Virus record (IMG/VR): IMGVR_UViG_3300006076_000003
Coordinates: 22,602 to 86,601 of that record
DNA: 64,000 nucleotides
Source: a virus
Strand: one strand, 5' to 3'
A program made the position numbers and the translations under genes. Position 1 is the stretch's first letter. Each line of letters opens with the position of its first letter. Shown here piece after piece: positions 36,412 to 47,000 of the stretch. The notes below the pieces were generated by a model that was not told the origin of the DNA, did no database searches, and was given only the letters and a program-made list of their open reading frames with translations.

Positions 36412-38189
36412 TGTATAAAACTTATGACTTTGTTCAACCTCAAATAATGGGTTGGACAACAAGAAATAATTTTGTTAATTTAATACTAAATAAATGGCCT
36501 ACTGTAACAAAGCAGAGTACAAAATGTGATGGTAATGATATAGTACCAGCAGAAGAAGCATTAGTATTTGATAATGTTTTAATATCACACGAAGGTAACT
36601 TTATATCGGATAATGCTAAACTTTTAAAACCATTTGGTATTGATGAGAAATTTGTAAAAGATAAAAAGAAAGAATTTAAAAAAGGTAACATCAAAGATGT
36701 ATATGCCAAATTTTCTAAGCGTGACTTATCTAAAACAAATACATTCATAGAAGACTTAGATTTAATAGCAGAATATTTAAATAACTTTATATCTAATTGG
36801 GATCCATACAATACTTATTTACATAGAAAAATAACATTTGAACAATCTGCAAGATTAATGAATAAGTGTGATAATTGGAGTCATCATTCACCAATACAGA
36901 ATAGGATTGAATTAAGTGAATTATTTTATTACAATGATAATGATATTGTTGATTATATTAAATATATTGATGTGTTATTATATACACCAATTGACGCTAA
37001 TTACAATGTACAAGTAATATACCCAGATACAGAAGTTGATAAAGAAGTAGTTGGACTTGCAACACTACTATCTATTCTTGATACTGACAAAGAGGTATTT
37101 TTTGGTGATGTTAATTTACTTCAAACAGTAATAAATAATGCTAAAGAGTATGGTTTAATTGGTGATATACAATCAGCATACTACTGTGGTAAGGACACTT
37201 ACCAAAGAATATATACTGAATTAGAAATTGCTAAATTTATTTGGACATTTACAGAACCAAACTTAGATGCTAATTCAAAAATTGTAAGAAGATTAGCAAA
37301 TCTATTACAAAATCCAAATAAGTTAATAATAGATCCAGCAATATCTGATAATGATAATCCAGGATTAGTATTTAAAGATGTCCTTGATAAAACAAAAGCA
37401 GAAATAACAGCATTAGGAGAAAGTAAGTTAGAAAACTATATATTTAAATACGAACTTGCAACTAATATTGCTGGAGTTTGTGCTAATGATAATAACAAAA
37501 ATGGTAGAACATATTTGAGATTTGATGTAATGCAAAGTATAGCTCTAAGTGATAAAAAACTATTTACAAAAATAATAACTAATTCCTTTTCAATAGATTA
37601 TACAAGACATAAAGAAACACTATTACAAAAAATAGCTAATTTTATTGTTACAGGACTTGCTGTTGCACTTGCGGCTGTAACAAACGGTGCTTCACTTATG
37701 GTAGCTAAATTAATATTTAGTGTTGAACAAATTGCTTTTCAAAAATTAGGTATGTACAAAGAAGCATTTTATTCTGACCAATTTGTAGAAATTATTGATA
37801 TATACTCTAATATAATAGCAGGTATTAACTTAGTAAATCAAGTAAATGATGTTTCAATTGATGCTTTAGTAGATGCATTAAAAAATGAATTTAAATCTTT
37901 AAAGTTTAGCATTAAGTCATTACCAGATTATATACACTATGCTTCTATTGGGTATAACTACTATGAAACAAATAAATTAAAACATACAATACAAAAAGTT
38001 GAGAAGAAACAGCAACAACTAAATGATTTAGTTGAGCGTACTAATATACATAACAGCGTTAAAAGCTTTGATATTATAGAGAAAAGAAGATATAATAACT
38101 ATTATGCAGAGCAATTAGATCAATTAGACAGTTCATTTTATACTATGACAGGCGGTTCAATAGATAACATGACAAACAAATATTACTAA
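36411..38189 (+). CDS. Structural protein (N4 gp53-like position) with TM segment
   Basis: IANFIVTGLAVALAAVTNG hydrophobic stretch; synteny. Confidence 0.65.
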   Translation: MYKTYDFVQPQIMGWTTRNNFVNLILNKWPTVTKQSTKCDGNDIVPAEEALVFDNVLISHEGNFISDNAKLLKPFGIDEKFVKDKKKEFKKGNIKDVYAKFSKRDLSKTNTFIEDLDLIAEYLNNFISNWDPYNTYLHRKITFEQSARLMNKCDNWSHHSPIQNRIELSELFYYNDNDIVDYIKYIDVLLYTPIDANYNVQVIYPDTEVDKEVVGLATLLSILDTDKEVFFGDVNLLQTVINNAKEYGLIGDIQSAYYCGKDTYQRIYTELEIAKFIWTFTEPNLDANSKIVRRLANLLQNPNKLIIDPAISDNDNPGLVFKDVLDKTKAEITALGESKLENYIFKYELATNIAGVCANDNNKNGRTYLRFDVMQSIALSDKKLFTKIITNSFSIDYTRHKETLLQKIANFIVTGLAVALAAVTNGASLMVAKLIFSVEQIAFQKLGMYKEAFYSDQFVEIIDIYSNIIAGINLVNQVNDVSIDALVDALKNEFKSLKFSIKSLPDYIHYASIGYNYYETNKLKHTIQKVEKKQQQLNDLVERTNIHNSVKSFDIIEKRRYNNYYAEQLDQLDSSFYTMTGGSIDNMTNKYY

Positions 38190-38206
38190 ACGGAGGAATA
38201 TATTAA

Positions 38207-38755
38207 ATGGAAAAAAATAGTGCGTTTAACTTAACTTTAGATAACTCATTAAATCAAACACCATATGTTTCAAATGAAGACGTCGTACTAAAGAAATTAT
38301 TTGACGATAGGAATAAAGATTTTAATGAAAGTGCTTTTAGTAGATATCTTAGAATGGGTAAAATTCATACTATTAATGGTCTTAGAGATACACAGGATTG
38401 GGCATCACAATATTTTAAAGACTTAGGACACGATGTTGGTGAAACAGCAGGAACTATTAAAGATGGTGTAGTTGATAATGTTATTAACCCAATAGGTAGT
38501 GCATTTGGAGGTGATTTTACTAATAGTAAAAAAGGTTGGTTTGATGAAATGACACCAGAAGAAAAAAATAAATTTAGATTGGGACTTGGTGGATTTGGTT
38601 TAGGATTAATGGGTGCAATTGACAAACATAATCAAACAAAAGCATTAACGGATTATTATGGTCATATGAATGGAAATTTAGATGCTCAAACAGCTAAAGT
38701 AAATGACCATATCGCACATAACAAAGAAATAAGATCTGCATTTGCAAGGATATAA
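38207..38755 (+). CDS. Ejection protein (N4 gp52-like)
   Basis: LGLGGFGLGLMG glycine-rich hydrophobic motif; no Cys. Confidence 0.6.
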   Translation: MEKNSAFNLTLDNSLNQTPYVSNEDVVLKKLFDDRNKDFNESAFSRYLRMGKIHTINGLRDTQDWASQYFKDLGHDVGETAGTIKDGVVDNVINPIGSAFGGDFTNSKKGWFDEMTPEEKNKFRLGLGGFGLGLMGAIDKHNQTKALTDYYGHMNGNLDAQTAKVNDHIAHNKEIRSAFARI

Positions 38756-38758
38756 TAT

Positions 38759-40456
38759 ATGAATAACTCTAACCCATTTTATAATGCACTATCACAATAT
38801 GATAGTTACCTTAAAGAAAAAGGTTTAAGAGAAGCTTTTAACTCAACACCAAAACAAACTAATCCATTTGATTATGATGGAATTGGTGCAGAAGTAAATG
38901 ATGCTTATGAAAAATTAGCTCAACAAGATGCTAAATATAATACTTATGGACCAAGTGATAAAGTACTAAAACTAAACAAAGTTATACAAAGATTTTATAA
39001 TGTAAATAAAGACAGATATTCTAATGAAGATTTTGATAATTATAGAAAACAAACAATTAGTAATTTAGTACAAAAAGGTTATGGTATTGATGATGCTAAT
39101 AAAATATGGAGCACAATAGCAGAACAGAAATTTGGTGATAAGTACACAGATAAACAAGCAGCATTAGATAAACAAAATGCAATTAATGTCTTTAAAGCAA
39201 AATATCCAGGTAATTTGTTAACAAAACTTGTTGGCTCAGGTAGTTCTACTAAAGGTACAAAAGATTATAAAGTTGTCACTAAAGATAATAACTTTGATGC
39301 AGCCTCACTTAAAGAATGGTTATTAGATCCTAAAACACAACATTTAACAGGAGCTACATCTCATGTACCATTTAGTGATGTAGGATTAGCACATTATATC
39401 AGTAATCATTATGGTGGTATACCTGTGGATAATGCTAATTTTATTACTTCTGCTATTCAAGGCCTAAACGAAAAATTGCATGAGAAAGGATTACCTCCTG
39501 TAAATACCCAAACAGCAAAAAATTTATTACTCTCTGCAACTAATACTGGTAAAAAAGGTTATGGAGAATTTAATGGAATAATGTCAAATACATTCAAAGA
39601 GGAAATTAAAACACCTGAAGACCTCTCATTAAGACTTTTAAAAATAATGAATGCTGAAGGATTAAGCAATAATACCAGTGAAAGGAGTCGTAAAAATGCT
39701 GCATCACAAGCTGCAGCAGTTAATAGTTTATTACATAACACACAATATAAAAAAGATTATTCTACCTTAGAAAAAAGATTAAAAGATATTGACAGTAAAA
39801 TAGGAAGTAGGCGTAAAGTTGGTTTTGTTGGTTTAAATGATATCAACAAAATATATGATGGTACTTTTGATAAATTAGATACACCTGAAACACAACCAAA
39901 AGAACAAACTACAAATAAATCAGAAAATACAGCAATATCTGAGATCATTGCAAAAATGGAAAAAGATAAAAAAGATAGAGCAAATGACCCTATGCCTAAA
40001 GATTTAACAGGACAAACAATTTATAATCTATTAGCTCAACTACATAAAAAGAATGGTGAAGATAATATCCCAATTAGATTACCTAAATTTAAAACACAAG
40101 AACAAAAAGTTAACTATGCTAATTTCTTAAAACAACAATTAGGTATACCATCTCAGCCAGAGATTAATTTTAAGACACCTGCAGATGGACAACCAATTCC
40201 AGTTATTAAAGATGAATCAACATCATCTATAAATAATAGTAATAAGCATTTATTTAAAAGTCAAGTTAACAATACAGTTAAAAAATTAATTAATAACTTA
40301 CCACCAGAAGAAAAAGCTAAAGTTAAAGCAATTGCTGAAAATCAAGGAACTTCTATGGTAAGAGCATATAGAATATATGTTTCTACATTAAAAAATGAAT
40401 CAAAAATACCAGCAAGTGATGTTGGAGATCTTGTTGTACTAGGAGGTAAAGGATGA
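38759..40456 (+). CDS. Ejection protein (N4 gp51-like position)
   Basis: 565 aa, no Cys, precedes vRNAP. Confidence 0.6.
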   Translation: MNNSNPFYNALSQYDSYLKEKGLREAFNSTPKQTNPFDYDGIGAEVNDAYEKLAQQDAKYNTYGPSDKVLKLNKVIQRFYNVNKDRYSNEDFDNYRKQTISNLVQKGYGIDDANKIWSTIAEQKFGDKYTDKQAALDKQNAINVFKAKYPGNLLTKLVGSGSSTKGTKDYKVVTKDNNFDAASLKEWLLDPKTQHLTGATSHVPFSDVGLAHYISNHYGGIPVDNANFITSAIQGLNEKLHEKGLPPVNTQTAKNLLLSATNTGKKGYGEFNGIMSNTFKEEIKTPEDLSLRLLKIMNAEGLSNNTSERSRKNAASQAAAVNSLLHNTQYKKDYSTLEKRLKDIDSKIGSRRKVGFVGLNDINKIYDGTFDKLDTPETQPKEQTTNKSENTAISEIIAKMEKDKKDRANDPMPKDLTGQTIYNLLAQLHKKNGEDNIPIRLPKFKTQEQKVNYANFLKQQLGIPSQPEINFKTPADGQPIPVIKDESTSSINNSNKHLFKSQVNNTVKKLINNLPPEEKAKVKAIAENQGTSMVRAYRIYVSTLKNESKIPASDVGDLVVLGGKG

Positions 40457-43400
40457 ATACACTAGATGATTTAACACACGAATATCTAAGTTCCCTTAGT
40501 CCTGAAAGTTCTTCATTACCTGAAGAACCAACAGGTTATGCTACTCCTCAATTAAACAAACCTGCAGTTGTTAATACACCATCAGGATACACTGATGCTG
40601 AAATTAACGCAATGATTGCTGATAGAAATAAAGACATAGCACCAGAATCAGATTACATGGATGAGATACAAGCATCTTTATATAGAGGTGCACAATTAAT
40701 AGGTAGGGGTGGAGCTGATGCATTAAGTTGGGGTGCAGATAAATTAGGTATACCACAAGCTTCTAAATTCTTAGACTCTATTGACTGGAAGTCAGATGAT
40801 GAGATAAATGATGCAGTTGGGTATGATCCATCAGCAGCTGAATTAGCCTACCAAAAACAAAAAGATGCTTATAAAGCTTTTACAAAAAATGTTGATTTAA
40901 GTTCTGGTTGGGATTTAGTTACAAGTACAGCAAATACTTTGCCACATATGTTAGCTGACAATGCTGATATTATAGCAACATTAGCACCTAATCCTTTAGG
41001 ACCTGAAGCATATATTGCTGGTAAATTTGCATCTGGAGCTGAAAAGGCAGCACAAGCTGCAGAAGCTGCTAAATTAGCAAATAGCTCTAAAGCACTTGAC
41101 CGTATTAAAGCAGTTGGTCAAGCTCCTAAAACACAAGTTGGAGTTACAAGTAAATTAGTGCAACCTGAAGCACAAACACTAAGTAAATTTGCTAAATCTC
41201 CATTATCACATGATGAAATTGCTATGGCAAGACAAGCAATCTTAAAAGATGCACAACAATTTAAAAAAGCTAAAAATGCTGAGATTGAATCAAATTTAAA
41301 ACTTGCTGATAGACTAAGAACAGTAAACAACTATGTACCTATAAATAAACGTTCAATATTATATGGCTCTGGAATGGCAGCAGAAAATAATAGAAAATTT
41401 GCTGAAAACAATGATGGTGAAGGTAGAGATTTATTAACAAACATAGCTGATGCAGTAGCAGAAACAGCATTATTAGGTGCAACATTACGTGCTGGAAAAG
41501 ATGCAGTAGGACTTGGTAGTGGAGCTAAAGAAGCTGTTAAGAATATATTTACAGACACTGCAAAATCCGTAGAACATGCTATGGCAAATGGTGCAAAAGA
41601 TGAGATAAAATCATCAGTAGCAAATAGTGCAGCACAAGTTGCTAAGCTATTTGGTGAAGGTGCAGCAGTAAACTATACTCAAGAGTGGTTACAAATATTA
41701 GGACAACAACTAAACTCTAAAGATAAGGGTGACTTAATGTCAGTCATATCTGATAAAAAGAATCAAGATAAAGCAAATATTGCAGCAATATCTGGTGCCG
41801 CATTAGCTGGAGCTCCTAAAGTAGCATATCATGCAGCAAAAGTACCTTTAAACATTGGTACAAGTGCTATATCTGCTGGTGTTAAAAAAGTTAAAGACAG
41901 AGTAGCAGAAAAAGCTAAAGCAGCTAGCCTTGCTGTTCTACCTGCTGAAGAGCGTGAAAGACTACATGCTCAACATGTAGCACGTAAAAAAGCACAAGAA
42001 AGTGAAATTAAGTTACATGAAAAAGCTTTAGAAGATATTGCTAAAGCTGAAACTTTTGAAGATTTACAAAATATAAAAGATGCAGCAGTACAGGAAAAAG
42101 TAAATGATATTATTGATGATCACTTTGGTTCTAAAACACTACATAAGCAAATCAATGAAGCAAAAACTGTTGATGACTTAAAGGGTATATCTGATGTTAT
42201 TGATACTAAGGTAAATCAAAAACTAAAAGAAAATTCTGAATACAGTTTGGATAAACTAAAGCAAGACTTGATTTATGAAAATAGACAAGATCACTTAACA
42301 AAAAACCAAAAAGGTAATGCTGATAGTATTAGAAATGCTACAACAGTTGATGAATTAAACAACATTGCTGGATTAAACAAACAACAAAAAGGTGCTGTAT
42401 TTGCTCAAGAGAAAAATATATTTAGACCTGATGCAGAAATAGATATTGGTGAAGGACAAACAGTACAAGGTAAAATAATTGATACAAGTCCAGATGGTAC
42501 TAAACATCAAGTTAAATATATTGATCCTCAAACTAAAGAAGCTAAAACTAAGACAGTTACAAATGATAAAGTAACACCATTATCAGCTGATAAAGTTGAT
42601 TTAACACATCATAATGAAAGACTTAATAAGTTAAAAAATTATTTGCTTAAAGTTGAGAAAGAAAGCAATCCAAGCATAACAGATAAGCTAAATAGTAATG
42701 TGGAAAGTATTAAAAATTATGCAATTGCACAACATAAAGGAGCTATTGCAACTAAAAAACTTTGGATCGAAAAGCAAAGAGCATCTGATTATCTTGGTGC
42801 AGCATTTGATAGTTCTAAACGAGGCTTTAAAGCTATGAGTGAAAAAATATCACCTGAGACAAGAGAAGCAATAGCAAATACTTTAGGAACAGCAAAACAA
42901 TTAACAAATGATACTATTAATACAATGGTTGATCTGGCTAAAGAACCTGAAAAGTCTGCAGTTAGAGGTATGTTTACTGACTTACTTAATGGTAGAATGA
43001 ATGAAAGACTTTATGACTTATCCGATAAACAACTTGATGAACTATCACCTAAATTAGCAGGTAATAAAAAAGCACAAGATATTGTTTATATGATTAAGAA
43101 AAACAGAAATAAAGCTAAAAAAGAATTTGGATTAGATACTGAAGAAGCATCTAAAGGAGGATTTTTAGGTAAATTAGATGCTATGACAAATTCACCTATT
43201 GCTTATAAACTGTATGGATTAATGTCAGCAGGTGTGGATAAAATTAAAGATACAGCAACACTTAATAAAGTAAAAGATACATTTGATAGCATTACAGAAG
43301 AAGATGTTAAAAATATGGATAAGGAAGAAAAACAAGTTTATGACACAGTAGCTAAAGATATTGAAATAGCAAAACAAAACTTACAGAATAAAAAAGATGA

Positions 43401-44016
43401 AGTTATAAATGCTAAAGAAAAAGATTTAAACACCAAAGCTGAAGACAGTAAAAAAGTAGTTACTGATTACTTTACTGAACATTTACCTGAAAACTCTGAA
43501 ATAGCAAAAGTACTTACAAATCCTGAAGAACATAAAGATTATAAACAAGCAGTTGAAAAAGATGTTAAACAATTAGTAGAAAACAATGATTTAAATAGTC
43601 TAAAAGAACTATATAGAGTTGCTCATGCTGTAAATTCACGAAACATGCTAAACGGTAGTATAGCTGACTTATCAAAAGAAATTGAAAATGCAATAGTACC
43701 AATAGATGAAGATGCTGAATTAAGTGATTATGCAATCATTAAACATAGTAAAGATGGTATAACAGATGAAACATATAACCAAGTAGCTGATTTAATAAAT
43801 ACAGCAAGTGAAGATGCAACACATGAACTAAGTAATGAGATGCTATCAAAATTTGCTAAACAAGCACAAGAACTCCACGATGAATCTGAAAAATATTCTG
43901 CTCTTAAAGCTAAATTAGATACAATTCAAATAACAGAACCAAAAGAGTTAGAAAAAGCTATGAAAGATATTGAAAAAATAGCTAAAGAATTAAACATTGA
44001 TATATGTAAAATATAA
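40453..44016 (+). CDS. Virion RNAP N-terminal part / large ejection protein
   Basis: Ala/Gly-rich, GEGAAVNYTQE..Q, ISGAALAG; single Cys at position -3. Confidence 0.7.
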   Translation: MNTLDDLTHEYLSSLSPESSSLPEEPTGYATPQLNKPAVVNTPSGYTDAEINAMIADRNKDIAPESDYMDEIQASLYRGAQLIGRGGADALSWGADKLGIPQASKFLDSIDWKSDDEINDAVGYDPSAAELAYQKQKDAYKAFTKNVDLSSGWDLVTSTANTLPHMLADNADIIATLAPNPLGPEAYIAGKFASGAEKAAQAAEAAKLANSSKALDRIKAVGQAPKTQVGVTSKLVQPEAQTLSKFAKSPLSHDEIAMARQAILKDAQQFKKAKNAEIESNLKLADRLRTVNNYVPINKRSILYGSGMAAENNRKFAENNDGEGRDLLTNIADAVAETALLGATLRAGKDAVGLGSGAKEAVKNIFTDTAKSVEHAMANGAKDEIKSSVANSAAQVAKLFGEGAAVNYTQEWLQILGQQLNSKDKGDLMSVISDKKNQDKANIAAISGAALAGAPKVAYHAAKVPLNIGTSAISAGVKKVKDRVAEKAKAASLAVLPAEERERLHAQHVARKKAQESEIKLHEKALEDIAKAETFEDLQNIKDAAVQEKVNDIIDDHFGSKTLHKQINEAKTVDDLKGISDVIDTKVNQKLKENSEYSLDKLKQDLIYENRQDHLTKNQKGNADSIRNATTVDELNNIAGLNKQQKGAVFAQEKNIFRPDAEIDIGEGQTVQGKIIDTSPDGTKHQVKYIDPQTKEAKTKTVTNDKVTPLSADKVDLTHHNERLNKLKNYLLKVEKESNPSITDKLNSNVESIKNYAIAQHKGAIATKKLWIEKQRASDYLGAAFDSSKRGFKAMSEKISPETREAIANTLGTAKQLTNDTINTMVDLAKEPEKSAVRGMFTDLLNGRMNERLYDLSDKQLDELSPKLAGNKKAQDIVYMIKKNRNKAKKEFGLDTEEASKGGFLGKLDAMTNSPIAYKLYGLMSAGVDKIKDTATLNKVKDTFDSITEEDVKNMDKEEKQVYDTVAKDIEIAKQNLQNKKDEVINAKEKDLNTKAEDSKKVVTDYFTEHLPENSEIAKVLTNPEEHKDYKQAVEKDVKQLVENNDLNSLKELYRVAHAVNSRNMLNGSIADLSKEIENAIVPIDEDAELSDYAIIKHSKDGITDETYNQVADLINTASEDATHELSNEMLSKFAKQAQELHDESEKYSALKAKLDTIQITEPKELEKAMKDIEKIAKELNIDICKI

Positions 44017-44030
44017 GGGAGATTATTTAA

Positions 44031-47000
44031 ATGAGTAAATGTATACCATTAGAAGACTTGGCAGGTCTACTTGAAAAAGTAGATGTGTCTAAATTCAGCA
44101 ATGATGGAAAACTTGCTAATAAAGACTTCAGATTTGAAACAAAAGATATACCATTTTCTGCAATACTTAACACATTACAAGATGGTAAAGGTGAATTTGG
44201 TGATACATCAATTATTGATAGAATGGGTAATTTAGGTTATAAACTAAATTGGGTGAGAGAAAGATTATCTAAGCCAGATGCCTTAAATACTATACCTGAA
44301 GAACTTAGAGAAACAGAAAATGAAAGAGGTTTACTAAGAACAATAGCATTAACTGAAGTGATTGATTCATCAAGAGGTGAAGCATTTAAAGTAAATAAAT
44401 ATAATGCTGATTTAAAAAAAGTAAGTGATAGCTATGGAAATGCTACTGAAATAAGAATGCCTTTTGCACGTGTAGCAGCAGTCATAGGTAGAAAAATAAT
44501 GCAAAGTAGAACAGGACTTGTATTTGGTGAAGGTGATGCAACTAAAGCATCAGCAGCTAAGATAGAACAAGCTTATCAAACAATTGGTGAAGCTGCATTA
44601 AAAGATTTAGAAAAAGCTGGTTTTATTAAATTACATGATAAAGCAAGTGTAATAAATGACTTTGCATTTACTAATGAAGATGGTATAACAAGAATTGCTG
44701 CACAAGACCCTAAAACACGCTATACAACAATGAAAGCTGTATCATTAAATGTTTCAAAAGATAGTAGATTTAGAAAACTCTATGGTGATGAATTATTTGA
44801 TAGTTATGTTAAAGATATAATGGATACCACAGGTGACGAAGATTTAAAGTCCTTCATAGATGAAGTAAATGAATTAGATGAAAATGATATTAAATCTTAC
44901 GAACTAAAAGAACAGTATAATAAATTAAGAAACTTTAATGCTTATATAGCAGGTGTTAATAGAGTAGCAATACCTACAACATTTGTAGATGTTAAAACTG
45001 AAGCACCAGATAGTATAGAAAATGACAGAGATGTTATGGAAAGAGCTACTGATGAGTATAAAGAAGGAGTTAAATCATTAAATGAGACAAAACAGCATGT
45101 AAAAAAACCAATACTTAACTTCCTTAAAGATTTAGCAGAAGTCTATAAATCTGAGAAAAAACCTTTAAAATCTTTAGTTAGATACTTAGTTGGTAACAAC
45201 ATTAGTACAAAAGATAAGCAGCAATTTGAGGAAGTGTTAAACAGCATATTTGGTTTATACAGCAAAGATATACATACATCTTACTCAAAAGCATCTATTG
45301 CTGGTAAAAACACATCAATCTTATCACCGCTTGAAGATATGTTAGGACATATTGATAGTATTACAGATGAAAAAGGTGAACCTAAATATTTCCACAATAC
45401 ATCACATATTGGAGCAAATGGACGTGAGTATTATGATTCAGCATACCTAAGTATTCAAGCTAATAAAATTGTAAGAGATATTATTAGTGTTGGAGATAAA
45501 GAAGATAAAACATTTAACATTCATAAAGATAAAGAAGCATATAATCAATTTATAACTTACCTAATGGATGCTTTACCAAGTAAATTAACAGAAGGTAAAG
45601 ATGAAACGGCAATCTTACAAATGTTAAAAGGTGAAGATAAATCAGATAAAACTTTTGAATACTTGTTAAGTAAAGTAGATACTTTAACAGCAGACAAAGC
45701 AGATATTGCTGATAGATTAATAGCATTAGGGGAAATAAATGCTAACCTAAAAGGTAAAGACCAAGTTAAAAATCCTTCATTTATGCATAATGCCTCTGTA
45801 CTATTGGCTGTAAAAGATTTAAGAAAAGCAGTAGAAGGTGATGGAACACTTACAACAGATTTTCTTGCTGACCCAGATGCAACAGCAAATGGTGCTACAC
45901 TTAAATTAGCAGAAGCTGCAAGAGATGCAAATAATGAAAAAGCAAGGGAAATATTAGGAGCCGTTGGAGTTATTGGAGATAATAAACAAGTAAGTGATGT
46001 TTACAATTATGTAAATAAATTTATTTTAGAGCCATCCATAACTAAAGCATTAGAGTCTAAGGACACTCCAGAAGAAAGCAAAAATGCACCAGATGGTGTC
46101 ATAACATTTAGTAAAAAAACAAGAGGATTTGATAAAGCTAATGCAACATTAATGCAAAAGATTATCAAATATGTATATGAAGATAATATGCGTGAATTTG
46201 CTAAACTACCAACTATGACATTAATCTATGGACAGGGGGAACATGCCTCAAAACTAACAATAGCAAAAGGCGTAGCTACTAAGATGGGTGTAATGTTTCA
46301 CGGCATTAAAAGTAAAAAAGAATTAACAGAAGCACATAAATTTGTGTTAGATTTATTAGGTGAAGATAAGGATAAATTAGATGCTATACACTTAACAGAA
46401 AAAGATGTAGCAACATTAACAAATAAATTCAAAGATAGTATAGCAGCAAATGTACAGCATTTAATGAAAGATGCTTTTTATAAAAAAGGTTCTGGAGCAT
46501 TAGCAGATTTTAAAGAGGTATCAACAGATTTATTTAATTTAGCACAAGAGCTGCATAAAAAAGGTAAGGACAATCCTAAATTTAATGAAAGAATTAAGGA
46601 ACAAAAAAACAAAGTTCTATTGTTAAAAACGCAGCTAAAAGAAGAAAAAGCTAAAGCAAAAAGAAATAGAAGACGAAAAAAATTAAAACTTGACAAAACT
46701 AATTTTGAAAAAGAAGATGTAAAAGGAATGTCAGAAAAGCTTGAGAAAGAAAGAAGCAAGTTACGAAATATGCTTTATATGAAAGAGCATTTAATGATGT
46801 TACCTCCTCACGTAAATGATGCAAAAGTATTACCGAGAAACCCATACATTGGCTTTAAGTTAGAAAAACAATTTAATGTCTATGACCCTAAAACAGGCAC
46901 TATCACAAATAAACCATTACCAACTCAAACAGTGTTTGATGTAAGTGCAACACATATGGTAGATAGTTACAATCAAGTAGCATCTGGCGGACATTATCTT

